Shown: positions 1 through 9,873 of the stretch, in pieces
How positions within the stretch are numbered: the stretch's first letter is position 1
Layout of the letters: every line of letters begins with the position of its first letter
NCBI GenBank assembly: GCA_963664305.2
Contig: CAXXLV010000002.1
Coordinates: 992,001-1,056,000, forward strand
DNA: 64,000 nucleotides
Direction: 5' to 3'
DNA from: an uncultured Aliarcobacter sp.
Lineage (GTDB): Bacteria; Campylobacterota; Campylobacteria; Campylobacterales; Arcobacteraceae
The notes under the pieces: generated by a model
What the model saw: only the letters and a program-made list of their open reading frames with translations
Databases searched by the model: none
Told to the model about the DNA's origin: nothing
Translations under genes and position numbers: made by a program

Positions 1-603
1 TCATTTCAAGAGAAAAGAAAACTAAGATGTGAATACTCTGAAACTCTATTGTCAAAACTAAATATTAATATCAAAGTATTAAATAAAGAAAAGCTTCCAA
101 AAGATGGGAAATATCTTTTAATTGCAAATCATAGAAGTATTATTGACCCACTTATTATTGAAATTGCATTGAAAGATTCACCTATTCATGGATTTTGGGT
201 ATCAAAAAAAGAGCTTTATAACTCTTTTTTCTTTGGTTCTTTCACTAAAAATGCCGATTCTATTTTATTAGATAGAGAAGCTTCAAATATGTCATCATTT
301 TTTAGTGATACAAAAAAAGTTGTTCAAGAGGGGCACTCTATTTTTATTTTTCCAGAAGGAACGAGAAATAAAACAGATAATCAAATCAGTAGTTTTAAAG
401 AAGGAGCAAAATTAATTGCTTTAAAAAATAGAATTGATATTTTGCCAGTATTTATAAAAACAAATGCAAATGAAGTTTTAAAAGAGGCGATTGATAAAAG
501 AACAAAAAATCTAGAAATCGAAATAGAAATTGGTGATTTGATAGATTATAAAGATAAAACTTCACTAGAGATTGCTTACAAAAATCAATTTAATATCAAG
601 TAG
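1..603 (+). CDS. lysophospholipid (1-acyl-glycerol-3-phosphate) acyltransferase family, 5'-truncated by window edge
   Basis: NHRSIID and FPEGTR acyltransferase motifs; frame is open back to base 1. Confidence 0.85.
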   Translation, partial: SFQEKRKLRCEYSETLLSKLNINIKVLNKEKLPKDGKYLLIANHRSIIDPLIIEIALKDSPIHGFWVSKKELYNSFFFGSFTKNADSILLDREASNMSSFFSDTKKVVQEGHSIFIFPEGTRNKTDNQISSFKEGAKLIALKNRIDILPVFIKTNANEVLKEAIDKRTKNLEIEIEIGDLIDYKDKTSLEIAYKNQFNIK

Positions 604-617
604 AAAATTTTACTTTT

Positions 618-1319
618 CTACTTTTTATAACTCATCCATTTTTTTATATTTGTTGCAAATTCAAAAGGAACTTCTAAAGGTATATTGTGACTTGTACCTT
701 CTCTTGAAATCATAACTATTTCATGTTTTGTAGATAAAAGTTTTTCTAATGCTTTTTTATTTAAAAGCCTATCGTTTTTACTGTAAAAAATAAAAATTGG
801 AATATCTAAGTTTATTAAATCTTCAAATAAATCTTTTCTATAAAATGTTGAAGTTAATTGAGAAATAAAGGTCTCTTTTCCTAAATCATGAAACATATTC
901 ATTATAGTATTTATCAAATCTTCATCTTGCTGATTTTTTTCTTCAACTAAAGATAAAGCTTTTTCATAAGTTATACCAAATCCCTCTTTTTCAATAATTG
1001 CGAATTTCTCTTTTCTTCTTTCTATTTCTGCTTCATTTGTAGCCCCAGGAGTTGCTGCAACCATAAAAAGTCTATTTACTCTATTTGGATATGTTATTGC
1101 AAAATATGAAGCAATATAACCACCCAATGAAAAGCCTAAAATATTTACTTTATCTTCTTTAAAAGTATTAAATAAAATATCAATTATCTCATCAAAATCA
1201 AAACTTTTTGGAATAGGAATATGTATGATTTCATACTCTTTTTCTAAAAAAGGAATAACTCGTTTCCATAACCTTTCATCAGTCATAAGACCTGGAATAA
1301 AATATATTTTTTCTTTCAT
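618..1319 (-). CDS. alpha/beta fold hydrolase
   Basis: IPGLMTD, GFSLGG nucleophile elbow, C-terminal His (TSHNIP); start trimmed to MKEKIYF. Confidence 0.8.
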   Translation of the reverse strand: MKEKIYFIPGLMTDERLWKRVIPFLEKEYEIIHIPIPKSFDFDEIIDILFNTFKEDKVNILGFSLGGYIASYFAITYPNRVNRLFMVAATPGATNEAEIERRKEKFAIIEKEGFGITYEKALSLVEEKNQQDEDLINTIMNMFHDLGKETFISQLTSTFYRKDLFEDLINLDIPIFIFYSKNDRLLNKKALEKLLSTKHEIVMISREGTSHNIPLEVPFEFATNIKKWMSYKK

Positions 1320-1484
1320 ATCTAACCAATACAATTTAATTTGAAAAGATTGTACAAAAAAATCACTTAAGCAGTTTTTCCTCATAATAATATATTATAT
1401 ATTTAAAATAAGTTTTACTTATTTATAATAGATTAAGTTTACTTATATAATAATCAACAAAAATAATATTATAGGAAGTTGATT

Positions 1485-1679
1485 ATGAACACATTTGATA
1501 AAATAAGAGCTTTTTGTAGACCATTTAGAATTGTTTTAGGGATTGTATTAATTGCAATTGGATATTTTACAGATATTATTTGGTTCTATTTAGGAGTTAT
1601 TCCATTAGTTATAGGACTTATAGATTTTTGTCCTTTATGTATCATTAGTAAAAAGTGTACACCAAAAATCAAGTCATAA
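1485..1679 (+). CDS. DUF2892/YgaP-like small membrane protein
   Basis: R-IVLG...GVIPLVIGLIDFCPL two-TM pattern; AGGA RBS. Confidence 0.75.
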   Translation: MNTFDKIRAFCRPFRIVLGIVLIAIGYFTDIIWFYLGVIPLVIGLIDFCPLCIISKKCTPKIKS

Positions 1680-1680
1680 A

Positions 1681-1711
1681 AAAAGGGGAAAGAAAATATC
1701 TTTCCCCTTTT
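1681..1711. terminator. bidirectional rho-independent terminator
   Basis: aaaaggggaaaga-aaata-tctttcccctttt hairpin between convergent genes. Confidence 0.8.
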
Positions 1712-1726
1712 ATATTTTAAATCATT

Positions 1727-3025
1727 TTATTCACTGACAAAATGTAAAATTATCATTCCATAAAATTTGCCGTCTTTATAAAATTCTGCTCTATATTTTG
1801 TTTTAGCATTATCAACTGAATAATTATCTAGGATATCTGATTTTTTGATTAGGATATCATCTTCACTATCCACACCATCTTTACTAAATCCAATAATATT
1901 TACCCTAAAATCAGTTTTTAAAATTTTAAAACTATCTTTTATATCTATTTCTTCAGCAAATTTACTATCTATTACTTTTCCATCAACTTCTATTTTTATA
2001 CTTTTTTTATATTCTGCAATAGGAAAAGTTTGAGGATATAATTCAACTACTTTGTCATTACCAACATAAAGTTCATATCTATTATCAACAATTTTTACAT
2101 CACCTAAAGTATGCTCAAATTTAAAATCATTTTTTTCATTTTTTAGAGGTACAAATCTTGTTACTCTTTTTATGTCATTTAAACTAAATACAATATTGTT
2201 GTTAATTCTAACTTTTCCATAATCAAAAAGTTTTTTACACACTTCATCATAATTATTTACATCAAAATCTCTTTCAAACTCTATATCCATAACATTCATA
2301 AACTCTTCAATTGATTTTAATTGATAAATAACTTTATGTGCTAAATCCGTAATATTTTTACTTGTTTCTATGGCAAATGCTGGTTTATTATGTGTTACTG
2401 CAAAAAAAGTAAGTGACAATTGCATTTGTTCATCTTTAAACTTTGTTTCTGTATTTTTTACGCCAAAAGAGTGAAATTCTTGAAATAATTTATCATTATT
2501 TAAAGCATTATTTACTTTCGTTGCTATTTCATCAAGATTTCCAAATTTATCTAAACCATTTATTTTTTCTTGGTCTATAATCGTTGCTTGTCCCCAAGCA
2601 TTTGGATTAAAGATGGCATTTTCATAATTTTTTCTAAAGAAACCATGACCATCATGTAAATTTAAAACTAAATCTACTTTTTTATCTAAAATGATTTTTT
2701 TTATTTTTGTTATAACAGGATAATCTGGGTCATTTTTATCAATAACACTAAATTTTCTATTCATATCATTGTAAATACCTCTATTATTTGCAACAATACT
2801 ATCTCCATTTATATTAGGTACAATCCAAACATTACCTTTTTTTATTTTATAATGCTTTTCTAAAAATGCAGGTGCAAAATAACCTCCTGGTTCATCACCA
2901 TGAATTCCACCTATTACTAAAAGAGTATTTCCTTTTTTTTCTCCATCTTTTTTATATAGAGTAAAATCTTTATTTGCCCCAAAAAGTGAGATAAAAGAGA
3001 TAAAAAAAACAACTATAAACTTCAT
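1727..3025 (-). CDS. M99/M14-like peptidoglycan DL-carboxypeptidase (Csd4/Pgp1 family)
   Basis: signal peptide, GGIHGDEPGG, DMNRKF, LNLHDG, NPNAWGQ motifs; AGGAG RBS before MKFIVV. Confidence 0.8.
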   Translation of the reverse strand: MKFIVVFFISFISLFGANKDFTLYKKDGEKKGNTLLVIGGIHGDEPGGYFAPAFLEKHYKIKKGNVWIVPNINGDSIVANNRGIYNDMNRKFSVIDKNDPDYPVITKIKKIILDKKVDLVLNLHDGHGFFRKNYENAIFNPNAWGQATIIDQEKINGLDKFGNLDEIATKVNNALNNDKLFQEFHSFGVKNTETKFKDEQMQLSLTFFAVTHNKPAFAIETSKNITDLAHKVIYQLKSIEEFMNVMDIEFERDFDVNNYDEVCKKLFDYGKVRINNNIVFSLNDIKRVTRFVPLKNEKNDFKFEHTLGDVKIVDNRYELYVGNDKVVELYPQTFPIAEYKKSIKIEVDGKVIDSKFAEEIDIKDSFKILKTDFRVNIIGFSKDGVDSEDDILIKKSDILDNYSVDNAKTKYRAEFYKDGKFYGMIILHFVSE

Positions 3026-3110
3026 AATTCTCCTAAATTTAGATTGTTTTTTCAAAAAACAATCGGGCGAATAGTATCATATAGCTATTTAGAGTGGAGT
3101 TAAACTATTG

Positions 3111-3677
3111 TCACTTTATTTCAATAGGAAGTAAAGAAAGAAAACTCAAAGCCTCAGGAAGAGAAAATGATGCTTTTGTTAAATCATTTTGTTTTGGGTC
3201 AATTAAATAGTTTTTTGATGTTACAAAGTTTGCTTTTTTTAGATTGTTTTTTATAAAAGATGACAATTGTAAATCACAATTATCAAAAAGAGATTTTTCC
3301 ATATTACACTCTTCAAAACCACTATCTTTTATAAGAGAATCTATAAATTTTATTTGTCTTAAATCCATAAGATGAAATGAGTTTTGAGAAAGATTGCAAG
3401 AGTTGAAAGTAACATCAAATGGTTCATCACAACTACTCCATGAAATACCAATCAATTTACAGTTTTCAAATGAAACATCGTTGAAAGTAGAAGCTTTTAA
3501 AATAGCAAGTGATAAATCACAATTTACAAATCTACACTCAGTAAATTTGCATTTATAAATAACTGCTTTTGAAAAATTACATTTTACAAAAGTACAATTA
3601 TCAAAATATATAGAGTCTAACTCTTTTTCTTCTAAATCTATAAACTCTTCTTCCCAATAATCATTTGTTTTAAACAT
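3111..3677 (-). CDS. pentapeptide repeat protein (MfpA/Qnr-like fold)
   Basis: continuous 5-residue periodicity (FDNCT FVKCN FSKAV...). Confidence 0.85.
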   Translation of the reverse strand: MFKTNDYWEEEFIDLEEKELDSIYFDNCTFVKCNFSKAVIYKCKFTECRFVNCDLSLAILKASTFNDVSFENCKLIGISWSSCDEPFDVTFNSCNLSQNSFHLMDLRQIKFIDSLIKDSGFEECNMEKSLFDNCDLQLSSFIKNNLKKANFVTSKNYLIDPKQNDLTKASFSLPEALSFLSLLPIEIK

Positions 3678-3695
3678 TTTTCTCTTTTTATATAT

Positions 3696-4571
3696 TTAAT
3701 TTGATGATTTTTTGCTAACTAAAATCCCACCAATAACTATAAGAACAATACCTAAAAAAGTATATAAATCAGGTAATGTATCTCCAAGTATCACTCCAAA
3801 TCCTATAGCAAAAGGAATATTTGAATAACTAACAACTCCTATGATACTAGCACGACTAATACTGTAAGCTCTTGTTAAAAACCATTGAGAAGCAGTTGAA
3901 ATAATCGCCATAAAAACTATCAAAATCCAAATAAAAATATCTGTATGTATTTTAAAATGAACATAAGGTGTAAATAAAAACAATCCCCAAGGAATTAATA
4001 CTCCAACTCCCATAAATGAAAGCATAATAACTCTTGCATCATAAATATCTTTTATCTTTTTAATAGTGGCATAAGCACAAGCTGCAAAAAAACCACCCAA
4101 GACTCCAAAAATATGTTCAATAGATATCTCAACTCCAAAAGGTTTCATAATAAAAACAATTCCAATAAACCCAATAATAAGAGCAAAAAATATACGAAGA
4201 GTAATACTTTCTTTCATCAAATAGTATGCAAGAATAGTTACAAAAAAAGGTGATGTTTTATTTAATACAACAGCTTCTCCCAATGGAATAGTTGCTATCG
4301 TATAAAAAAATAGAACCATAGCAAGTGCGCCAAAAACTCCCCTTAGAAAAAGTAGATGAAGTTTTGATGTATCAATAGAAACAGAAAATTTTTTAAAACT
4401 ATAAAGTACAATTAAAACACCTATTAAGTTTCTATAAAAAACTATCTCTATTGGATCCATACTTTGAGATAAATATTTAGCAACTGCACCATTAAGTGCA
4501 CCAATTAGTGCACTTAAAAGCATAAATAAAACACCTTTATCTATGGTGTTTAGTTTTAATAAATTATTCAT
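3696..4571 (-). CDS. DMT/EamA family transporter
   Basis: ~10 TM helices, EIVFYR, LFLRG, SPFFVTILA. Confidence 0.85.
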   Translation of the reverse strand: MNNLLKLNTIDKGVLFMLLSALIGALNGAVAKYLSQSMDPIEIVFYRNLIGVLIVLYSFKKFSVSIDTSKLHLLFLRGVFGALAMVLFFYTIATIPLGEAVVLNKTSPFFVTILAYYLMKESITLRIFFALIIGFIGIVFIMKPFGVEISIEHIFGVLGGFFAACAYATIKKIKDIYDARVIMLSFMGVGVLIPWGLFLFTPYVHFKIHTDIFIWILIVFMAIISTASQWFLTRAYSISRASIIGVVSYSNIPFAIGFGVILGDTLPDLYTFLGIVLIVIGGILVSKKSSN

Positions 4572-5407
4572 TTTTGCAAATAGTGTAGTTGAAAAAATTC
4601 AGGCATCATTTTCATTACAAAAGGATATTGTTCTAAAATTTTATCCATTACATCATACACAACTGTAGCATCTTCTGAAGCATATTTTATTTGTCCAGAA
4701 CTTAGCTCTTTATTTTCCCAATTTGATCTTGACATATTTTTTGATTTTTGTAATTTTTTATTCAAAATTATTGAAGCAGCTTTTTTAGCCCCAATTTGAT
4801 TTTTTGATGATAATTTTTTAAATATATCTTCTAAATCAATCATTGATTTTACTCTTAGATTAAATTGTTTAAAAAGTGCTTCATTATCACCTTTTAATCC
4901 CGTTCCAATTTTTATTATTTTATCATCTTCCAAAAAATTTATAAGTGGTTTTAGATTTTTGATTTGTTTAATTTGAATAAGATAACACTTATCTTTTGTA
5001 GCTAATTGAATTAGACAAACACCATTATCTGCTTGACCCTTTTTAAAAGTTGGTTTTTGTTCACTGTCAAAACCAATAAAAGGAGTTAATTGGATTGAGT
5101 TCATTACATTTTCTAATTGTTCAGAAGTATTAACAATCTCTATTGTTCTATTACCTATGAAATAAGGCTCTTGTAAATCACTATTAACACTACTTGAATT
5201 ATCCATTAAATCAAAAAGTTTTATCATTAATTTCAATGAAATTGAGCCATTTTCTAAAATATTTTTTAATACTTTTTCAACTTCATTTTCGAAATCATCT
5301 TCACAAAAATTTCGAATTAGATTTAATCTATCTTGATTAGAAATTACATTTATTATTTTGATTTTAAACTCCTGCTTTATTTCACTATTATGATTGAAAC
5401 TTTTCAC
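4568..5407 (-). CDS. DEDDy 3'-5' exonuclease (RNase D/WRN-exo like)
   Basis: IGFDSE, LIQLAT, SNWE..LS..QIKYASEDA; start uncertain. Confidence 0.8.
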   Translation of the reverse strand: MKSFNHNSEIKQEFKIKIINVISNQDRLNLIRNFCEDDFENEVEKVLKNILENGSISLKLMIKLFDLMDNSSSVNSDLQEPYFIGNRTIEIVNTSEQLENVMNSIQLTPFIGFDSEQKPTFKKGQADNGVCLIQLATKDKCYLIQIKQIKNLKPLINFLEDDKIIKIGTGLKGDNEALFKQFNLRVKSMIDLEDIFKKLSSKNQIGAKKAASIILNKKLQKSKNMSRSNWENKELSSGQIKYASEDATVVYDVMDKILEQYPFVMKMMPEFFQLHYLQK

Positions 5408-5753
5408 CAGCAGCTGCTGTGAATGTCATTTCTACAAGTAAATCTGGATCAACCAATTCTGCTTTTACACAAGCACGACTTGGTGCACAATTTTCAGGGA
5501 ACCAACTATCCCAAATCTCATTTAAAGCTTCAAAGTTTGCAAAATCTGTGATATAAATAGTAACTGCTAAAATTCTTGATTTATCACTATCAACTGTAGC
5601 TAAACTAGTTTCTGCTTGGTCAAATATTTGTTGAACTTGTCCTTTAATATCTGCACTTGTATCACTATCTGCAACTTCTGTAAAAGTTGCAATTCCATTA
5701 AAAACTGTAACATCTGACCATCTTTTACATGGGTTTATTCTATGAATTTTCAT
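5388..5753 (-). CDS. RidA/YjgF (YoaB-like) family protein
   Basis: RWSD, LNEIWDSWF, PSRACV, VEM motifs. Confidence 0.85.
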   Translation of the reverse strand: MKIHRINPCKRWSDVTVFNGIATFTEVADSDTSADIKGQVQQIFDQAETSLATVDSDKSRILAVTIYITDFANFEALNEIWDSWFPENCAPSRACVKAELVDPDLLVEMTFTAAAGEKFQS

Positions 5754-5820
5754 TATTATATTCCTAGTGTATGATTGCTGCAATTGTAGTTAAAAAAGAT
5801 AAAATTGGTTTTAAATAAGA

Positions 5821-6261
5821 TTATAGTACAAAAGGTATAAACATCTTTGTATTTTTTTTGTATTGTTTATACTCTTCTAGTTTTTCACTCCAAAGTTTTT
5901 CTTCTTTACTTGCTTTTAAATATAAAATAACAACTAAAACCATATAACAAAAAATATTTATAACATCAATTTTTGTTAGAACAACGCCACCCATCATCAA
6001 AAAAACACTAAAATACATAGGATGACGAATATATTTATATGCTCCATTTTTTATCAACTTTGAGTTTTCTTTTATTTCAGGTGTTATGTTAAAATTTCCA
6101 ATTCGATTAAAATATAAAGTATAAAGTCCAAATAAAAAACCAATTGATGAAATAAATAAAGAGATTAAATGATTAAAAATAGAATCATTGATGAGTAATA
6201 AAAGTGCAATTATAATAAATTGAAGCACAACTAAAATTTTTGAATATAGTGAATTACTCAT
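5821..6261 (-). CDS. isoprenylcysteine carboxylmethyltransferase/PEMT family membrane protein
   Basis: GAYKYIRHPMY, EE, Y..Y..T.MFIP. Confidence 0.85.
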   Translation of the reverse strand: MSNSLYSKILVVLQFIIIALLLLINDSIFNHLISLFISSIGFLFGLYTLYFNRIGNFNITPEIKENSKLIKNGAYKYIRHPMYFSVFLMMGGVVLTKIDVINIFCYMVLVVILYLKASKEEKLWSEKLEEYKQYKKNTKMFIPFVL

Positions 6262-6264
6262 AAT

Positions 6265-6612
6265 TTATTCACCATTTAAAACTGACATTACAGTTGCTCT
6301 ACTTGTTTTTAGTTCATCCATAATCTTTGAGATATTTAGTTCACCTTTTTCAGTATAGTACTCTTCATCATCTAACATTTTTAGTATTAAGTCTTTTTTC
6401 TCAATTATTTGCTCGGATGTTTGTCTTGTTTGAAATGTAAAATCTTCTTCATCCATAGTTTTAATAGCTTCTAAATCCCTTTTTATAGTAGGAACTGTGA
6501 CTTTTAACTCTTTTGCTAAATCAATTGGATTTTCTATACCTCTTAAAATCAAATCTCTTATTGCAATTCTTCTCGTTTTTATTTTTCGTCTACGATGATA
6601 AGAGATTTTCAT
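6265..6612 (-). CDS. helix-turn-helix protein
   Basis: DLAKELKVTVPTIKRDL (DeoR/HTH_11-like) plus a second HTH-like C-terminal segment. Confidence 0.65.
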   Translation of the reverse strand: MKISYHRRRKIKTRRIAIRDLILRGIENPIDLAKELKVTVPTIKRDLEAIKTMDEEDFTFQTRQTSEQIIEKKDLILKMLDDEEYYTEKGELNISKIMDELKTSRATVMSVLNGE

Positions 6613-6621
6613 TTACTTCCT

Positions 6622-7131
6622 TTAAAAAATGTTTTTTACATCTTCTTTTAGTTTTTGAAAGCTTTCATCTAAAGTGATATTAGAGTTTTTTGATATAAAT
6701 TCTTCTAAACCAAAAGTTTTAAGTGGAAATTGTTTTGAGAACTTTATAATCTCTTCATCAAGCGTGCTAACCCCTGCTTTTGTTTGAATCAAAGAAATAT
6801 TAAAAATATCATCTTTTATAGTAAATTTTACATGATTAAAATAAACCTTTGCCTCTTTAAAAAGCTCATCCAAACTCAAAGTATCTTTTCTAAAAAATGG
6901 AAAAGCTTGTTTTGATTCTCCTAAAACTTCTACTATTAGATAATATCCAAGGGTATTTGCTGTAACTTTTTCATCATAAACTCTTTTTTGTTTATTGAAA
7001 AATTCATCAAGAAGTCTAATAAAAAAATTTGATGACATCACACCAATATCTTTTAATATTTCTTTATTTATATACTCAAATATTAAGCTTGCATTTTCTT
7101 TTATATAAGATTTTAGTTCATTTTCTTGCAT
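6622..7131 (-). CDS. hypothetical protein
   Basis: 169-aa ORF, AAGGA RBS, tightly packed in operon. Confidence 0.7.
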   Translation of the reverse strand: MQENELKSYIKENASLIFEYINKEILKDIGVMSSNFFIRLLDEFFNKQKRVYDEKVTANTLGYYLIVEVLGESKQAFPFFRKDTLSLDELFKEAKVYFNHVKFTIKDDIFNISLIQTKAGVSTLDEEIIKFSKQFPLKTFGLEEFISKNSNITLDESFQKLKEDVKNIF

Positions 7132-7139
7132 TTATTTTC

Positions 7140-7424
7140 CTATAAAACTTCTAATTCAAAAGGCTCAATATGTGCATTGTATTGTTTGAAGTTATTTATA
7201 AAGTGTGAATAATGAGGAGTTTCATAATGTTTGTTTAAAGCCTCTTCATTTTCCCATGAATCAATCACAATAAACTCTACAGGATTTGTTTTTGTTTGGA
7301 AAACTTCATACATCAAACAACCCTCTTCTTTTTTTGTATCTTCTATAGTTGATTTTAGTAGTGCTTTTAGTTCTTCTATACAATCTCTTTTTGCTAAAAA
7401 TATTATTTGTCTTGTTATTGCCAT
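7140..7424 (-). CDS. antibiotic biosynthesis monooxygenase (ABM/YgiN-like)
   Basis: EEGCLMYEV, W.NEEALNKH..TPH. Confidence 0.85.
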   Translation of the reverse strand: MAITRQIIFLAKRDCIEELKALLKSTIEDTKKEEGCLMYEVFQTKTNPVEFIVIDSWENEEALNKHYETPHYSHFINNFKQYNAHIEPFELEVL

Positions 7425-7541
7425 GATTATCGCTTTAATTTGTTTTTTGTATTCTAATTAATAGTAGCTTTAGTTTCTATATTTAAGTACAAATTTACTA
7501 TATTAAAATCTTAATAAATAAATTTATGGATAAATATAATA

Positions 7542-9233
7542 ATGAATAAAAATAATATAGAAACTTTTGAAGAACTTATCAATCTAAGTGATTACTCTTT
7601 TGTGAATAATCTAAACAGTGACCCCGATGCAAAATATAGTGGAGATAATAAATTTCCAAGAGAAGTTTTTAGTGGACATTATGTGTCAGTAAGTCCAACT
7701 CCTATCAAAGACCCGATATATATTTCTCATAGTGAGAATTTTTTTAAAGAGTTAGGTTTTAGTGAGAACTTACTAAAATCAGATGATTTTATCAAACTAT
7801 TTTCAGGTGATATGTCTAATATCTCTAATCTTGAACAAAATAAAGGTTGGGCAACTGGATATGCCTTATCTATTTATGGAACTGAATATTATGCTCAATG
7901 TCCTTTTCAAACTGGAAATGGCTATGGAGATGGTAGAGCAATCTCTGTTTTAGAAGCACTTATAAATGGTAAAAGATGGGAATTTCAACTAAAAGGTGCT
8001 GGAAGAACGCCATATTGTAGAGGTGCAGATGGACGTGCAGTTTTAAGGTCAAGTGTAAGAGAGTTTTTAGCTCAAGAACATATGCACTCACTTGGTATTC
8101 CAACTTCTAGGTCTTTAACCCTTTTTACTTCAACAAAAGAGCAAGTAACTAGACCTTGGTTTAGGGATAATTCATATTCAAAAGACCCAGAAGTTATGAT
8201 AGAAGAAGATGTAGCAATTACGACTAGAGTTGCCTCTTCATTTTTAAGAGTTGGACAAATAGAACTTTTTGGAAGACGAGCTAGAAAAAATGAACATGAA
8301 AATGCTTTAAAAGAGTTAGAAATGATTGTTTTACATTTAATTGAAAGAGAATATAGTGAAGTAATCAATCAAAATTTGAGTTTAGAAGAAAAGATAATAC
8401 AACTAGCAAATGAGTTTCAAAATCGTCTTACATCGCTAGTAGCTAACTGGATAAGAGTTGGATATTGTCAAGGAAATTTCAACAGTGACAACTGTGCAGC
8501 TGGTGGTTTTACACTTGATTATGGACCATTTGGATTTATAGAGATGTTTGACCCAAAATATCAATCTTGGACTGGAGGAGGAAATCACTTTTCATTTTTT
8601 AACCAACCAGTTGCTGCTTTTAAAAACTTCAAATCGTTTTGTAGTGCGTTAAAACCATTACTAGGTTCAAATAAAAATGCTTTAGAAGAACTAGAAAAAA
8701 TCGAAAATAACTTTAGCAAAGTTATGCAAGAAAAAATGGAAGATATGTGGGCTAAAAAACTTGGACTTGATAAGTTTGATGTTGAGTTGTTTGAAGAACT
8801 AATCAATCTTATGATAGATACTAAAGTTGACTATACAATATTTTTTAGAGAATTATCGAATATCCCAAATGATATGAGTAGCATTGAAAAAAGTTTTTAT
8901 GGAAAAACACAAAATGAAAATATCAAATTAAGATGGAATAGTTGGCTTGAAAGTTGGAAATCACTTATAAATGTAAATGATGAAGAATCTAAAGAAAAAC
9001 TATCAAAGCAAATGAAACTTACCAATCCAAAATACACTTTAAGAGAATGGCATCTAGTTTGGGCATATCAAGAAGCTGAAAATGGAAACTTTGAACCAGT
9101 TCATGAGTTACAAGAGATAATGACAAAACCATATAAAGAACAAACAAAAGAAATTGAAGAAAAATATTATATAAAAAAACCTTCAGATTTTTTTGGAATA
9201 GCTGGTATATCGCATGTGAGTTGTTCGTCGTAA
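7542..9233 (+). CDS. selO: protein adenylyltransferase SelO (YdiU family)
   Basis: [43 protein letters not shown]-terminal CSS. Confidence 0.9.
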   Translation: MNKNNIETFEELINLSDYSFVNNLNSDPDAKYSGDNKFPREVFSGHYVSVSPTPIKDPIYISHSENFFKELGFSENLLKSDDFIKLFSGDMSNISNLEQNKGWATGYALSIYGTEYYAQCPFQTGNGYGDGRAISVLEALINGKRWEFQLKGAGRTPYCRGADGRAVLRSSVREFLAQEHMHSLGIPTSRSLTLFTSTKEQVTRPWFRDNSYSKDPEVMIEEDVAITTRVASSFLRVGQIELFGRRARKNEHENALKELEMIVLHLIEREYSEVINQNLSLEEKIIQLANEFQNRLTSLVANWIRVGYCQGNFNSDNCAAGGFTLDYGPFGFIEMFDPKYQSWTGGGNHFSFFNQPVAAFKNFKSFCSALKPLLGSNKNALEELEKIENNFSKVMQEKMEDMWAKKLGLDKFDVELFEELINLMIDTKVDYTIFFRELSNIPNDMSSIEKSFYGKTQNENIKLRWNSWLESWKSLINVNDEESKEKLSKQMKLTNPKYTLREWHLVWAYQEAENGNFEPVHELQEIMTKPYKEQTKEIEEKYYIKKPSDFFGIAGISHVSCSS

Positions 9234-9250
9234 AAAAAGATTAAGTATTC

Positions 9251-9274
9251 ATTCTCAAGCTTAAGCTTGGGAAC
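9251..9274. repeat. short REP-like palindrome between convergent genes
   Basis: ttctcaagct-ta-agcttgggaa hairpin with no adjacent U-tract. Confidence 0.4.
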
Positions 9275-9281
9275 AAAAAAG

Positions 9282-9749
9282 TTAAATCTTTGGAATAGAA
9301 GAAAGTGTTCTTATAATCATCTCTAAAATATGCCAAAATAAAAACAATATTCCTCCTAATATTATCAAACGAATTTGCCAAACACTATAAAATTGGACTT
9401 TATTTGAATTATATTCAAATGCTGTTTTTACTCCATCAATTGCCGCTTCAACTAATTCTAAATTTTGTGGTTGCTTAGGATGAATACCATTTTTTAATTG
9501 TAATAAACCATAATTAGTATAGATACAAGATTGTACATATAAGATACTTTTTACACCAAAGTAAAAACTAATTCCCCAAACTAAAACAGCAAAACCTAAA
9601 GGAATTAAAGAATAAGTAATTTTTAATGTTTCTGTTTTTTGAATAGAAAAAGCTATCGCCGATGCGGTAATCGCTAATAAAAAATATGTATATTTGTCTT
9701 GGGTTATTTGATGTTGTTTTTGAAGTTCCAATAATTCAGAATTTGGCAT
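9282..9749 (-). CDS. hypothetical membrane protein (cassette-like)
   Basis: 3 hydrophobic segments; AGGGA RBS; stop codon lies within ATTTAAC. Confidence 0.7.
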   Translation of the reverse strand: MPNSELLELQKQHQITQDKYTYFLLAITASAIAFSIQKTETLKITYSLIPLGFAVLVWGISFYFGVKSILYVQSCIYTNYGLLQLKNGIHPKQPQNLELVEAAIDGVKTAFEYNSNKVQFYSVWQIRLIILGGILFLFWHILEMIIRTLSSIPKI

Positions 9750-9772
9750 ATTTAATCCCTAATTTAAAATAC

Positions 9773-9872
9773 TTCTAACAAGTTTTATGTAGATTTTGCC
9801 AAAGTTTGGCAAAGGTGTACTACAAGTACATCGAGCCAAACTTTGGTGAAAGATGCGTAAAAATTGTTAGAA
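9773..9872 (-). other. attC-like 100-bp imperfect palindrome
   Basis: TTCTAAC...GTTAGAA ends; long stem with G.T pairs on + strand only; located between guaA stop and next ORF. Confidence 0.5.
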
Positions 9873-9873
9873 A

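Noticed and set aside
7542..9233. Selenocysteine read-through in SelO
   Set aside because: The C-terminus is Cys-Ser-Ser followed by TAA; there is no in-frame TGA.
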